A stretch of 64,000 nucleotides of DNA, taken from positions 8,804,001-8,868,000 of the forward strand of contig NC_091288.1 of the NCBI RefSeq assembly GCF_032444005.1, in the 5' to 3' direction. The notes under the pieces were generated by a model. The model was given only the letters and a program-made list of their open reading frames with translations. It was not told the origin of the DNA and searched no databases. Source of the DNA: Ranitomeya imitator (lineage: Eukaryota). The translations under genes and the position numbers were made by a program. Of the stretch, positions 33,501 through 45,635 are shown one piece after another (within the stretch, counting starts at the first letter, position 1; every line of letters begins with the position of its first letter).

Positions 33501-34593
33501 ACTGACTGCTGAGCCGTGTATCTAATCCTATCCTGTGTGATACTGACTGCTGAGCCGTGTATCTAATCCTCTCCTGTGTGATACTGTCTGCTGAGCCGTG
33601 TATCTAATCCTCTCCTGTGTGATACTGACTGCTGAGCCGTGTATCTAATCCTCTCCTGTGTGATACTGACTGCTGAGCCGTGTATCTAATCCTCTCCTGT
33701 GTGATACTGACTGCTGAGCCGTGTATCTAATCCTCTCCTGTGTGATACTGACTGCTGAGCCGTGTATCTAATCCTATCCTGTGTGATACTGACTGCTGAG
33801 CCGTGTATCTAATCCTATCCTGTGTGATACTGACTGCTGAGCCGTGTATCTAATCCTCTCCTGTGTGATACTGACTGCTGAGCCGTGTATCTAATCCTAT
33901 CCTGTGTGATACTGTCTGCTGAGATGTGTATCTAATCCTCTCCTGTGTGATACTGACTGCTGAGCCGTGTATCTAATCCTCTCCTGTGTGATACTGACTG
34001 CTGAGCCGTGTATCTAATCCTCTCCTGTGTGATACTGACTGCTGAGCCGTGTATCTAATCCTATCCTGTGTGATACTGACTGCTGAGCCGTGTATCTAAT
34101 CCTCTCCTGTGTGATACTGTCTGCTGAGCCGTGTATCTAATCCTCTCCTGTGTGATACTGTCTGCTGAGCCGTGTATCTAATCCTCTCCTGTGTGATACT
34201 GCCTGCTGAGCCGTGTATCTAATTCTCTCCTGTGTGATACTGACTGCTGAGCCGTGTATCTAATCCTATCCTGTGTGATACTGACTGCTGAGCCGTGTAT
34301 CTAATCCTATCCTGTGTGATACTGACTGCTGAGCCGTGTATCTAATCCTCTCCTGTGTGATACTGTCTGCTGAGCCGTGTATCTAATCCTCTCCTGTGTG
34401 ATACTGTCTGCTGAGCCGTGTATCTAATCCTCTCCTGTGTGATACTGCCTGCTGAGCCGTGTATCTAATCCTCTCCTGTGTGATACTGACTGCTGAGCCG
34501 TGTATCTAATCCTCTCCTGTGTGATACTGACTGCTGAGCCGTGTATCTAATCCTCTCCTGTGTGATACTGACTGCTGAGCTGTGTATCTAATC
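30574..34593. repeat. Minisatellite, 41-bp unit (gtgtatctaatcctctcctgtgtgatactgtctgctgagcc), ~98 copies
   Basis: Read directly. Confidence 0.97.
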
Positions 34594-34995
34594 GTTCCCA
34601 GAGAGCACCGCTCTTTTGCTCCAGGGATCCGGTGTTGAGAACATCACGTTGCAGCAGTCGGAGCATTGATTATTTGTAACAGGATCAAGTTCAGAAGCTG
34701 CAACTATCTTCCATGTGGAGCTCTGCAGACAGAACAGCTCCTCAGAGGCTGCAAATAACATCACCCATGGATTTCACTGATCATCCTTCATTATTACCGT
34801 ATATATGGTCTCAGTCAGTGACTGAAAAATGAAATAGGATCTGAAAGCATTAACTACCCCACTAGACTTCCCAGGACCACCCTGCACATCAACCACCCCA
34901 AATCTACGTGATGCAAATTAAATACGAACATGAAAACAAGACCCAAGTTATTACTTATCTTAGACAAGCTTTATATACACTCCTTTTTTTTTTTT

Positions 34996-36126
34996 TACTG
35001 CTCCTATGTACAAGAATATAACTACTATAACACTGCTCCTATGTACAAGAATATAACTACTATAACACTGCCCCTATGTACAAGAATATAACTACTATAA
35101 TACTGCTCCTATGTACAAGAATATAACTACTATAATACTGCCCCCTATGTACAGGAATATAACTACTATAATACTGCCCCTATGTACAAGAATATAACTA
35201 CTATAATACTGCTCCTATGTACAAGACTATAACTACTATAATACTGCCCCCTATGTACAGGAATATAACTACTATAATACTGCTCCTATGTACAAGAATA
35301 TAACTACTATAATACTGCCCCCTATGTACAAGAATATAACTACTATAATACTGCTCCTATGTACAAGACTATAACTACTATAATACTGCCCCCTATGTAC
35401 AGGAATATAACTACTATAATACTGCTCCTATGTACAAGAATATAACTACTATAATACTGCCCCCTATGTACAGGAATATAACTACTATAATACTGCTCCT
35501 ATGTACAAGACTATAACTACTATAATACTGCCCCCTATGTACAGGAATATAACTACTATAATACTGCTCCTATGTACAAGAATATAACTACTATAATACT
35601 GCCCCTATGTACAAGAATATAACTACTATAATACTGCCCCTATGTACAAGAATATAACTACTATAATACTGCTCCTATGTACAAGAATATAACTACTATA
35701 ATACTGCTCCTATGTACAAGAATATAACTACTATAATACTGCTCCTATGTACAAGAATATAACCACTATAATACTGTCCCTGTGTACAAGAATATAACTA
35801 TTATAATACTGCCCCTATGTACAAGAATATAACTACTATAATACTGCTCCTATGTACAAGAATATAACCACTATAATACTGTCCCCTATGTACAAGAATA
35901 TAACTACTATAATACTGCTCCTATGTACAAGAATATAACCACTATAATACTGTTCCTGTGTACAAGAATATAACTACTATAATACTGCCCCTGTGTACAG
36001 GAATATAACCAGTATAATACTGCCCCTGTGTACAGGAATATAACCAGTATAATACTGCCCCTGTGTACAGGAATATAACCAGTATAATACTGCCCCTGTG
36101 TACAGGAATATAACCAGTATAATACT
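34996..36126 (+). repeat. Minisatellite, 35/36-bp unit (tatgtacaagaatataactactataatactgcccc)
   Basis: Read directly. Confidence 0.96.
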
Positions 36127-36424
36127 GTGATTTTAATTACATCCAAACACAGTTGGTTCTGAGCTTCCTATATAAGCAGGCTTTACCACGTTATTAGCCA
36201 TAGGTAAGTGTTCACACTAGGCAGTCAGCTCAGGTACCCATCCGTTCTGAGATTACCTTGACGATTGGTGGATGGGCTCACAACTTTTGGCCAAATCTTG
36301 TGCTAAGAATCTCATGTGTTTTTTCATATATTTCACAACCCATTATGCTATTCCCATTTCATGTATCGCACATTTCCTTGCTCTAGCACAGATTAATTTT
36401 GAGTGCAGCCATTAATCTATTTGC

Positions 36425-37316
36425 AGTATAATACTGCCCCTATGTACAGGAATATAACTACTATAATACTGCCCCTATGTACGGGAATATAACCAGTATA
36501 ATACTGCCCCTATGCACGGGAATATAACCAGTATAATACTGCCCCTATGCACGGGAATATAACCAGTATAATCCTCCCCTATGCACGGGAATATAACCAG
36601 TATAATACTGCCCCTATGCACAGGAATATAACCAGTATAATACTGCCCCTATGCACAGGAATATAACCAGTATAATACTGCCCCTATGTACAGGAATATC
36701 ACCAGTATAATACTGCCCCTATGTACAGGAATATAACCGCTATAATACTGCTCCTATGTACAGGAATATAACTACTATAATGCTGCTCCTATGTACGGGA
36801 ATATAACCAGTATAATACTGCCCCTATGTACGGGAATATCACCAGTATAATACTGCCCCTATGCACGGGAATATAACCAGTATAATACTGCCCCTATGTA
36901 CAGGAATATAACCAGTATAATACTGCCCCTAGGTACAGGAATATCACCAGTATAATACTGCCCCTATGTACAGGAATATAACCAGTATAATACTGCCCCT
37001 ATGTACAGGAATATAACCACTATAATACTGTCCCTGTGTACAAGAATATAACTATTATAATACTGCCCCTATGTACAAGAATATAACTACTATAATAATG
37101 CCCCCTATGTACAAGAATATAACTACTATAATACTGCTCCTATGTACAGGAATATAACTACTATAATACTGCCCCTATGTACAGGAATATAACTACTATA
37201 ATACTGCCCCCTATGTACAAGAATATAACTACTATAATACTGCTCCTATGTACAGGAATATAACCAGTATAATACTGCCCCTATGTACAGGAATATCACC
37301 GCTATAATACTGCCCC
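36425..37316 (+). repeat. Second block of the 35-bp minisatellite
   Basis: Same unit family, separated from the first block by ~300 bp of unique sequence. Confidence 0.95.
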
Positions 37317-38726
37317 ATGCAGAGACGTATATGAAGTGCTGCGTCTTCCTTGATCAGAGTTGCTGCCTCTTTCCTGGTTACACAGGACTCCGGAGTCTTG
37401 AAGTTGATGTTTTCTTTCTCTGCTTCAGATTCTTTTTTATTATCAGATTCGTGCTATAAATAGTGGATTCCTTTAACCTCTTGGATTTGGAATAAGCGGC
37501 GACACTTTCCCCCGCTGCAGACCCTTTTTCTGTTTTATTCCCTAGAAATAAGTTAATACATTCACATGGAAAAAAAAAAGCGTAAACCACCAGTCAGCGG
37601 AATTACATCTGTGTCCATTTTTCCCACCGTCTCGTAACTCTCATCGGATTTTGTGTCTCACTGACGCTACTGGACAAGTCCTCATACAAATTAAAATACG
37701 CATGGAAGAAAAGGGCCTTTTCATTCCTTGTGGCCTGGCTTGGCCCGGTGCCAGGGTTTGACACATTGTCTGGGGTTCCCCGCCAACTGGAATGTATTCT
37801 CCCTCCCAAAATTCCTATTCATTTCAGATGGGCTGGTTAACCCTTGAAGCACTGGCCGATGGCTTGCAGAACATTGGGTAAGCACCAGAGAGACGGAGTC
37901 ACAGGATAAGCAGTTTCTATTAAAAAAAAAAAAATTAAAAAAAGTTATTTATGGCTGATTCATTGGAAAATGCCGATTAAAAAAAAAAGATATAAAAACA
38001 AATCCTCCAGTGGTCCAAGGTCCCTAGGAAAGAAACTAAGTTTGTAATCGCGGCTGAGACCATGTAACAAAGCACCGGGATGGGCGGCTCGCTCTAGAGG
38101 GTTTCTGGTGGGCACAGACGTCCTGCCTCTCCTGGGGGGCTGTGGGTCTGCAGTGAGCAGCAGGGTGTCTTCCAGCGCTGTTTCTTACATATATTGAAGT
38201 TTGTATGATCCTATTCATTGTTACGTTTTTCCCCATGGTAGGGGGGGGGGGTGTTCATGATCATAAGTACCAAATAATTAAAAAGTGCAACATATTTTTT
38301 TGTGTGTGTGTTGTGGCACTAAGACCAGCGCGGTGTGCGCTCTGGCCATGCAGTGGTTAATGCCGGGATCTCAGACCTTCTCCCCATTCAGCAGCCAAAT
38401 GGCTCAAAGCCTCAAGTGTCCAACTCCTTCCTTCTTCCAATGTGAGAAGAAAAAACAAAAAAAAAGTTCATTCCTGCCACAAAAACTTCAAAGAAATGTA
38501 CCACATGATAGAGGAATAACTACATCCACACTCCAAGAAGTGGACGAGGGGGTCTCAGTCGGTCCAGTTGGGGGGCATTGTCCACCACCTCTGGTCGTGA
38601 GCGCTGACCTGCCCAGACATCGTGGGCGCAGCCCCAGCATCAAGTATTGGATCTGGCAGCCCCCAGGTCACTGCGGGTACAGGACGGGCAGTGCTCATGC
38701 TCGGCAGTTCTGGCAATGCCCAGGTG

Positions 38727-38826
38727 TCACAAGATCACGCAGAACGGCCGGTGCGTGCCCGTCCCGCGGTCGCCTCGCCACTTGGTGTTCCTCTTCTGCT
38801 TGTGATTCTTCTCTGGAAGCTGCTGC
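38727..38826 (-). CDS. MRAS: MRAS last coding exon ([33 protein letters not shown])
   Basis: Acceptor tttcacag. CaaX box CVIL. 100 nt including the stop; phase 2 matches the previous exon. Confidence 0.95.
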
Positions 38827-39094
38827 CTGTGAAACATTGTAAAAAAAAAACGAAAGTTTAACATTCTACCACATTGATACAATAAAGTATCACTAACTTC
38901 TGACAATGTGATCACGTCAATATTGTGGCTGTGCTGCTGCAGTGATGGAACATTGTAGCCATCATACAGTAAAATGCTGCAGTATAAAGCATGGAGGAAG
39001 CAGAAACCATCAGATGTCTCATGGGAAGAAGTACGGTAGCAAAGATGGGGAATGTGGCGATGAGAACAGGGCTGAAATCATCATACGCATCTTA

Positions 39095-39202
<108 letters not shown>

Positions 39203-39484
39203 CTAAGCGACAGACATTGAAAATAGAAAACAAGCAACTTTACAAATTGTTTACGTCTAAGTCTTTTCTTGTTTGGAACACAATCCATCCCCCGGGTAGA
39301 TCCTGCATCCATCTACGACATAATTCTTGCTCGCATTGCAAATGTATGTATTTTAGCAAGAAAAAGGTAATGCACCATCTACTTCACAAGTTTAGGATCT
39401 CTGCTTGTTGTCATGCAATGGAAAGAGATCAACAAAGCTCTTGAAAAGTGGTCTGCAGCGGCTTCCAATTTTATGTGGCAGAGT

Positions 39485-40458
39485 TTGAGGGGGCTTGTTC
39501 TGCAGACAGTAATCGCACAGCCAAACACAGGATTGTGGAGGGGGCCTGTGCTGCAGACAGTAGTCTCACAGCCAGACAGAGGATTGTGGAGGGGGCTTGT
39601 GCTGCAGACAGTAATCGCACAGCCAGAGAGAATTGTGGAGGGGGCTTGTGCTGCAGACAGTAATCGCACAGCCAGACAGAGGATTGTGGAGGGGGCTTGT
39701 TCTGCAGACAGTAATCGCACAGCCAAACACAGGATTGTGGAGGGGGCTTGTGCTGCAGACAGTAATCGCACAGCCAGACAGAGGATTGTGGAGGGGGCTT
39801 GTGCTGCAGACAGTAATCGCACAGCCAGACAGAGGATTGTGGAGGGGGCTTGTGCTGCAGACAGTAGTCTCACAGCCAGACAGAGGATTGTGGAGGGGGC
39901 TGGTGCTGCAGACAGTAATCGCACAGCCAGACAGAGGATTGTGGAGGGGGCTTGTGCTGCAGACAGTAGTCTCACAGCCAGACAGAGGATTGTGGAGGGG
40001 GCTTGTGCTGCAGACAGTAATCGCACAGCCAGACAGAGGATTGTGGAGGGGGCTTGTGCTGCGGACAGTAATCGCACAGCCAGACAGAGGATTGTGGAGG
40101 GGGCTTGTGCTGCGGACAGTAATCGCACAGCCAGACAGAGGATTGTGGAGGGGGCTTGTGCTGCGGACAGTAATCGCACAGCCAGACAGAGGATTGTGGA
40201 GGGGGCTTGTGCTGCGGACAGTAATCGCACAGCCAGACAGAGGATTGTGGAGGGGGCTTGTGCTGCGGACAGTAATCGCACAGCCAGACAGAGGATTGTG
40301 GAGGGGGCTTGTGCTGTAGACAGTAATCGCACAGCCAGACAGAGGATTGTGGAGGGGGCTTGTGCTGTAGACAGTAATCGCACAGCCAGACAGAGGATTG
40401 TGGAGGGGGCTTGTGCTGCAGACAGTAATCTCACAGCCAGACACAGGATTGTGGGGGG
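39485..40458. repeat. Minisatellite, 51-bp unit (gagggggcttgtgctgcagacagtaatcgcacagccagacagaggattgtg), ~19 copies, in MRAS intron
   Basis: Read directly. It gives 17-aa periodic ORFs. Confidence 0.96.
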
Positions 40459-40491
40459 GCTGCCCCTGCATTTGTTTCGTCCTGCACTTAC

Positions 40492-40591
40492 GTTGTGTTT
40501 TACTGCCATCTCTTTTCCTTGCTCACTTGATATTTTCCTTAAGTGCATCAGATCAACTTTGTTTGCAACTAAAATCATTGGGAAAGATTCT
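40492..40591 (-). CDS. MRAS: MRAS coding exon 3 ([33 protein letters not shown])
   Basis: Acceptor tttctttcag, donor AAC|GTAAGT, 100 nt, G4 NKVD motif. Confidence 0.96.
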
Positions 40592-40787
40592 CTGAAAGAA
40601 ATAAAGACAAAATAACATCCAAATCCTGACTGACAGCCTATATGTGCAGTTGTACCATCCCTTTACATCTACAGAACTCCTATAGAACTCCATCCCTTAC
40701 ATCATAACGTTTGACAGATAAAAGGGATTTCTCGGGATGGAACAATTCTCCCTGCCCCCAACATCCGGCTGCCGCTCTCCGTTCTTA

Positions 40788-40970
<183 letters not shown>

Positions 40971-42000
40971 TTACATCCAGTCTAAAAATATTTGTCATTT
41001 GATTTTTTGTATTTGTTATTATTTTTCCACAATTTAGGATTATTATTTATTTACAGAAACTCTAATAAGATTCTCACGACTTTAGATTATTCCTCCCCCA
41101 GGACCGGGCCCAACCTCCACGTGCACCGCCACTAGCCGCCAACTACGCCACTGCTGTGACGTGATGACAAATACTATGGAGTGTCAGCATTTCATGAAGG
41201 GGTTTGATACATTGTCTATGAGATAGAAATCAGTTCTTCCCCCATGCTTTACCCTGCAGCTTTACACCATTTAAGCACAGTTATTTCTAGTGACTCCAGC
41301 TCTTCTCATTGACAAATGGAGTCTGAAGTAGCCAGAATTCTACATGTTCATATTGTCTCAGCAGAGGCCCAGATTGCTGCATTATCTCCTCTCCACCCTT
41401 CACACAATTAGTGCACAGTTATTATTGTAGCTGCATTGTCTAGTAGAGACTGAAGCAGCCTAAATACGGTCTCATCCGTGGCCCAGATTGCGGCTCTATC
41501 CCCCCCATGCTTTACATTGCAGCTTGGCTTGATCAGATTGGCTGCTGTGATCTTCTGCTTATACACAGGAGGTCAGTGCGTGAAGATGTCATATAAGAGC
41601 AAAGACAAAAAGGTCACAGACCCCAAGAAATATGCTGAAAAATGAGGTGTTGTCAGGAAGGTCGGAGCACTGGTGCAGCCTAAGCTCCATTATTCGGAGG
41701 TTATAATGTGGGATTCTGCGCCTTATTTTACCCTTTAGATCACGTTAGACTCTGGCCTGCAGGGTGAGTATATTTGGCCCATAGCACCAGACAGGACCCA
41801 CACCTGGTATCACACTCAACTATATTCATTAAATAATGGAGAAAGAAGCGCCAGCTGACTCTTCCTCCTCCATCATTTGCCTCGGTGTCTGACGTGTCAC
41901 CGCAACGAGACGTCATTGCAGATGTGCAGAGAATCTGAAGCCACCATGAAGAGAGCGGACTACAGGGGGAACAGGCAGAGTTTTTTTTTTTTTTTTAATT

Positions 42001-42170
42001 GTGGGGCCCATTCTGTATGGAGGACTGTGTGGGGCCATTATACTGTACGGAGGACTATGTGGGGCCATTATACTGTACGGAGGACTATGTGGGGCCCATT
42101 ATACTGTACGGAGGACTATGTGGGGCCCATTATACTGTACGGAGAACTATGCAGGGCCATTATACTGTAT
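42001..42170. repeat. 30/31-bp minisatellite (ggggcccattatactgtacggaggactatgt), left part
   Basis: Same family as 44807-45635; the array is split by the CR1 insertion. Confidence 0.9.
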
Positions 42171-44806
42171 GTTACATATATAGTTACATAGTTATTAAGG
42201 TTGAAGGAAGACTTTAAGTCCATCTAGTTCAACCCATAGCCTAACCTAACTTGCCCTAACATGTTGATCCAGAGGAAGGCAAAAAAAAAACATGTGGCAA
42301 AGAGTAAGCTCCACCTTGGGGAAAAAAATTCCTTCCCGACTCCACATATGGCAATCAGACTAGTTCCCTGGATCAACGCCCTATCAAGGAATCTAGTGTA
42401 TATACCCTGTAACATTATACTTTTCCAGAAATGTATCCAGTCCCCTCTTAAATTTAAGTAACGAATCACTCATTACAACATCATACGGCAGAGAGTTCCA
42501 TAGTCTCACTGCTCTTACAGTAAAGAATCCGCGTCTGTTATTATGCTTAAACCTTTTTTCCTCCAAACGTAGAGAATGCCCCCTTGTCCCTGTTTCAGGT
42601 CTATGATTAAAAAGATCATCAGAAAGGTCTTTGTACTGTCCCCTCATATATTTATACATTAACATAAGATCACCCCTTAGTCTTCGTTTTTCCAAACTAA
42701 ATAGCCCCAAGTGTAATAACCTATCTTGGTATTCCAGACCCCCCAGTCCTCTAATAACCTTGGTCGCTCTTCTCTGCACCCGCTCCAGTTCAGCTATGTC
42801 TTTCTTATACACCGGAGACCAGAACTGTGCACAGTATTCTAAGTGTGGTCGAACTAGTGCCTTGTATAGAGGTAAAATTATGTTCTCCTCATGAGCATCT
42901 ATGCCTCTTTTAATGCATCCCATTATTTTATTTGCCTTTGTAGCAGCTGCCTGACACTGGCCCCTGAATATGAGTTTGTCATCCACCCATACACCCAGGT
43001 CTTTTTCATTGACGGTTTTGCCCAGAGTTTTAGAATTAAGCACATAATTATACATCTTATTACTTCTACCCAAGTGCATGACCTTACATTTATCCCCATT
43101 AAAGCTCATTTGCCATTTATCAGCCCAAGCTTCTAGTTTACATAAATCATCCTGTAATATAAAATTGTCCTCCTCTGTATTGATTACCCTGCAGAGATTA
43201 GTGTCATCTGCAAATATTGAAATTCTACTCTGAATGCCCCCTACAAGGTCATTAATAAATATGTTAAAAAGAAGAGGGCCCAATACTGACCCCTGTGGTA
43301 CCCCACTGCTAACCGCGACCCAGTCCGAGTGTGCTCCATTAATAACCACCCTTTGTTTCCTATCCCTGAGCCAGCTCTCAACCCACTTACACATATTTTC
43401 CCCTATCCCCATTATTCTCATTTTATGTATCAACCTTTTGTGTGGCACCGTATCAAAAGCTTTTGAAAAGTCCATATACACTACATCCACTGGGTTCCCT
43501 TGGTCCAATCCGGAACTTACCTCTTCATAGAAACTGATCAAATTAGTCTGACATGAACGGTCCCTAGTAAACCCGTGCTGATACTGGGTCATGAGGTTAT
43601 TCCTCTTCAGATACTCCAGTATAGCGTCCCTTAGAATGCCCTCCAGGATTTTACCCACAGTAGAGGTGAAGCTTACTGGCCGATAATTTCCGAGTTCAGT
43701 TTTTGTTCCCTTTTTGAATATTGGCACCACATTTGCTATACGCCAGTCCTGTGGCACAGACCCTGTTATTATGGAGTCTTTAAAGATTAAAAATAATGGT
43801 CTATCAATGACTGTACTTAATTCCTGCAGTACTCGAGGGTGTATCCCATCCGGGCCCGGAGATTTCTCAATTTTAGTGATTTTTAGACGCCGCCGCACTT
43901 CCTGCTGGGTTAAGCAGGTGACATTTAATGGGGAATTTTTATCACTAGACATTTTGTCGCCATGGGATTTTCTTGTGTAAATACTGATGAAAAAAAAGTC
44001 ATTTAGCATATTGGCTTTTTCCTCATCCTCATCCACCATCTCACCCAGACTATTTTTAAGGGGGCCAACACTATCATTTTTTAGTTTCTTACTATTTATG
44101 TAGTTAAAGAATATTTTGGGATTATTTTTACTCTCTCTGGCAATGAGTCTCTCTGTCTCAATCTTTGCTGCCTTGATTTGCTTTTTACAGAATTTATTTA
44201 ATTTTTTGTATTTATTTAATGCCTCCTCACTACCTACTTCCTTTAATTCTCTAAATGCTTTCTTTTTGTCACTTATTGCGCCCCTTACAGCTCTATTTAG
44301 CCATATCGGTTTCCTCCTATTTCTAGTATGTTTATTCCCATACGGTATATACTGTGCACAGGTCCTATCCAGGATGCTAATAAATGTCTCCCATTTTCTT
44401 TGTGTATTTTTGTGTCTCAGGATATCGTCCCATTTAATTGCACCAAGATTCTCTCTCATCCGTTGGAAATTTGCCCTCCTGAAGTTTAGTGTCCTTGTAA
44501 CCCCTCTATTACACATCTTTTTAAAGGATACATGAAAGCTTATTATTTTGTGATCGCTATTTCCCAAGTAACCCCCAACCCTTATATTTGCTATGCGGTC
44601 TGGCCTGTTGGTTAATATTAGGTCTAGCAGTGCCCCCCTTCTTGTTGGGTCCTGAACCAGTTGTGAAAGGTAATTATCTCTCACAGTTGTCAAAAACCGA
44701 TTACCTTTGCTGGAACTGCAGGTTTCTGTTCCCCAATCTATTTCAGGGTAGTTGAATTCCCCCATAATGACTTCTCCTTGAGTCGCAGCTTCATCTATTT
44801 GCTTCG
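42171..44806 (-). mobile_element. 5'-truncated CR1 LINE (part of ORF2: C-terminal half of the APE endonuclease, RT domain, 3' UTR, short repeat tail)
   Basis: 790-aa ORF at 44765-42393 with IMGEFNYPEIDW, LGNSDH, SPGPDG, NYRPVS, DFSKAFD, GVPQGSVLGPLLF, FADD and CR1-type C-terminal KDLGV, LVRPHLEYC, LFSLEKRRLRGD. Tail (ATGTAACT-like)n at 42171-42195. Confidence 0.95.
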
Positions 44807-45635
44807 TGGAGGGCTACGTGGGGCCATTATACTGTATGGAGGGCTATGTGGGGCCCATTATACTGTACGGAGAACTATACAGGGCCATTATACTGTATGG
44901 AGGGCTATGTGGGGCCCATTATATTGTACGGAGAACTATGCAGGGCCATTATACTGTATGGAGGGCTATGTGGGGCCCATTATACTGTACGGAGAACTAT
45001 ACAGGGCCATTATACTGTATAGAGGGCTATGTGAGGCCCATTATACTGTACGGAGAACTATGCAGGGCCATTATACTGAATGGAGAGCTATGCAGTGCCG
45101 TTATATTGTATAGAGCATGATGCAGGGTCATTATAATGTATGAAGGGCTATGTGGGGCTCTTTATACTGTATGGAGAAATATGCAGGGCCATTTTGCTAT
45201 ACGGAGAGCTATACAGGGCCATTATATTGTATAGAGCATGATGCAGGGCCATTATAGTGTATGAAGGGCTATGTGGGGCCCATTATACTGTACGGAGAAC
45301 TATGCAGGGCCATTATACTGTATGGAGGACTATGCAGGGTCATTGTACTATATGGAGAACTATACAGGGCCATTATACTGTATAGAGCATGATGTAGGGC
45401 CATTATACTGTATGGAGGGCTATGTGAGGCCCATTATACTGTACAGATGACTGTGGTGCCATTATACTGTACGGAGGGCTATGCGGGGCCATTACACAGT
45501 ATGGAGAACTATACAGGGCCATTACACTGTATGGATGGAGAGCTATACTTCCCATTATACTGTACAGAGAACTATACAGGGCCATTATACTGTATGGAGG
45601 GCTATGCGGGGCCATTACACTGTATGGAGGGCTAC
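44807..45635. repeat. 30/31-bp minisatellite, right part
   Basis: Read directly. Confidence 0.92.

Noticed and set aside
30574-34593. CRISPR-like appearance of regular arrays
   Set aside because: Head-to-tail repeats with no unique spacers, no cas genes, and a eukaryotic context.
37436-37539. Candidate MRAS polyadenylation signals (tttatt at 37534-37539 and 37436-37441)
   Set aside because: Plausible, but not distinguishable from chance in T-rich sequence without transcript data.
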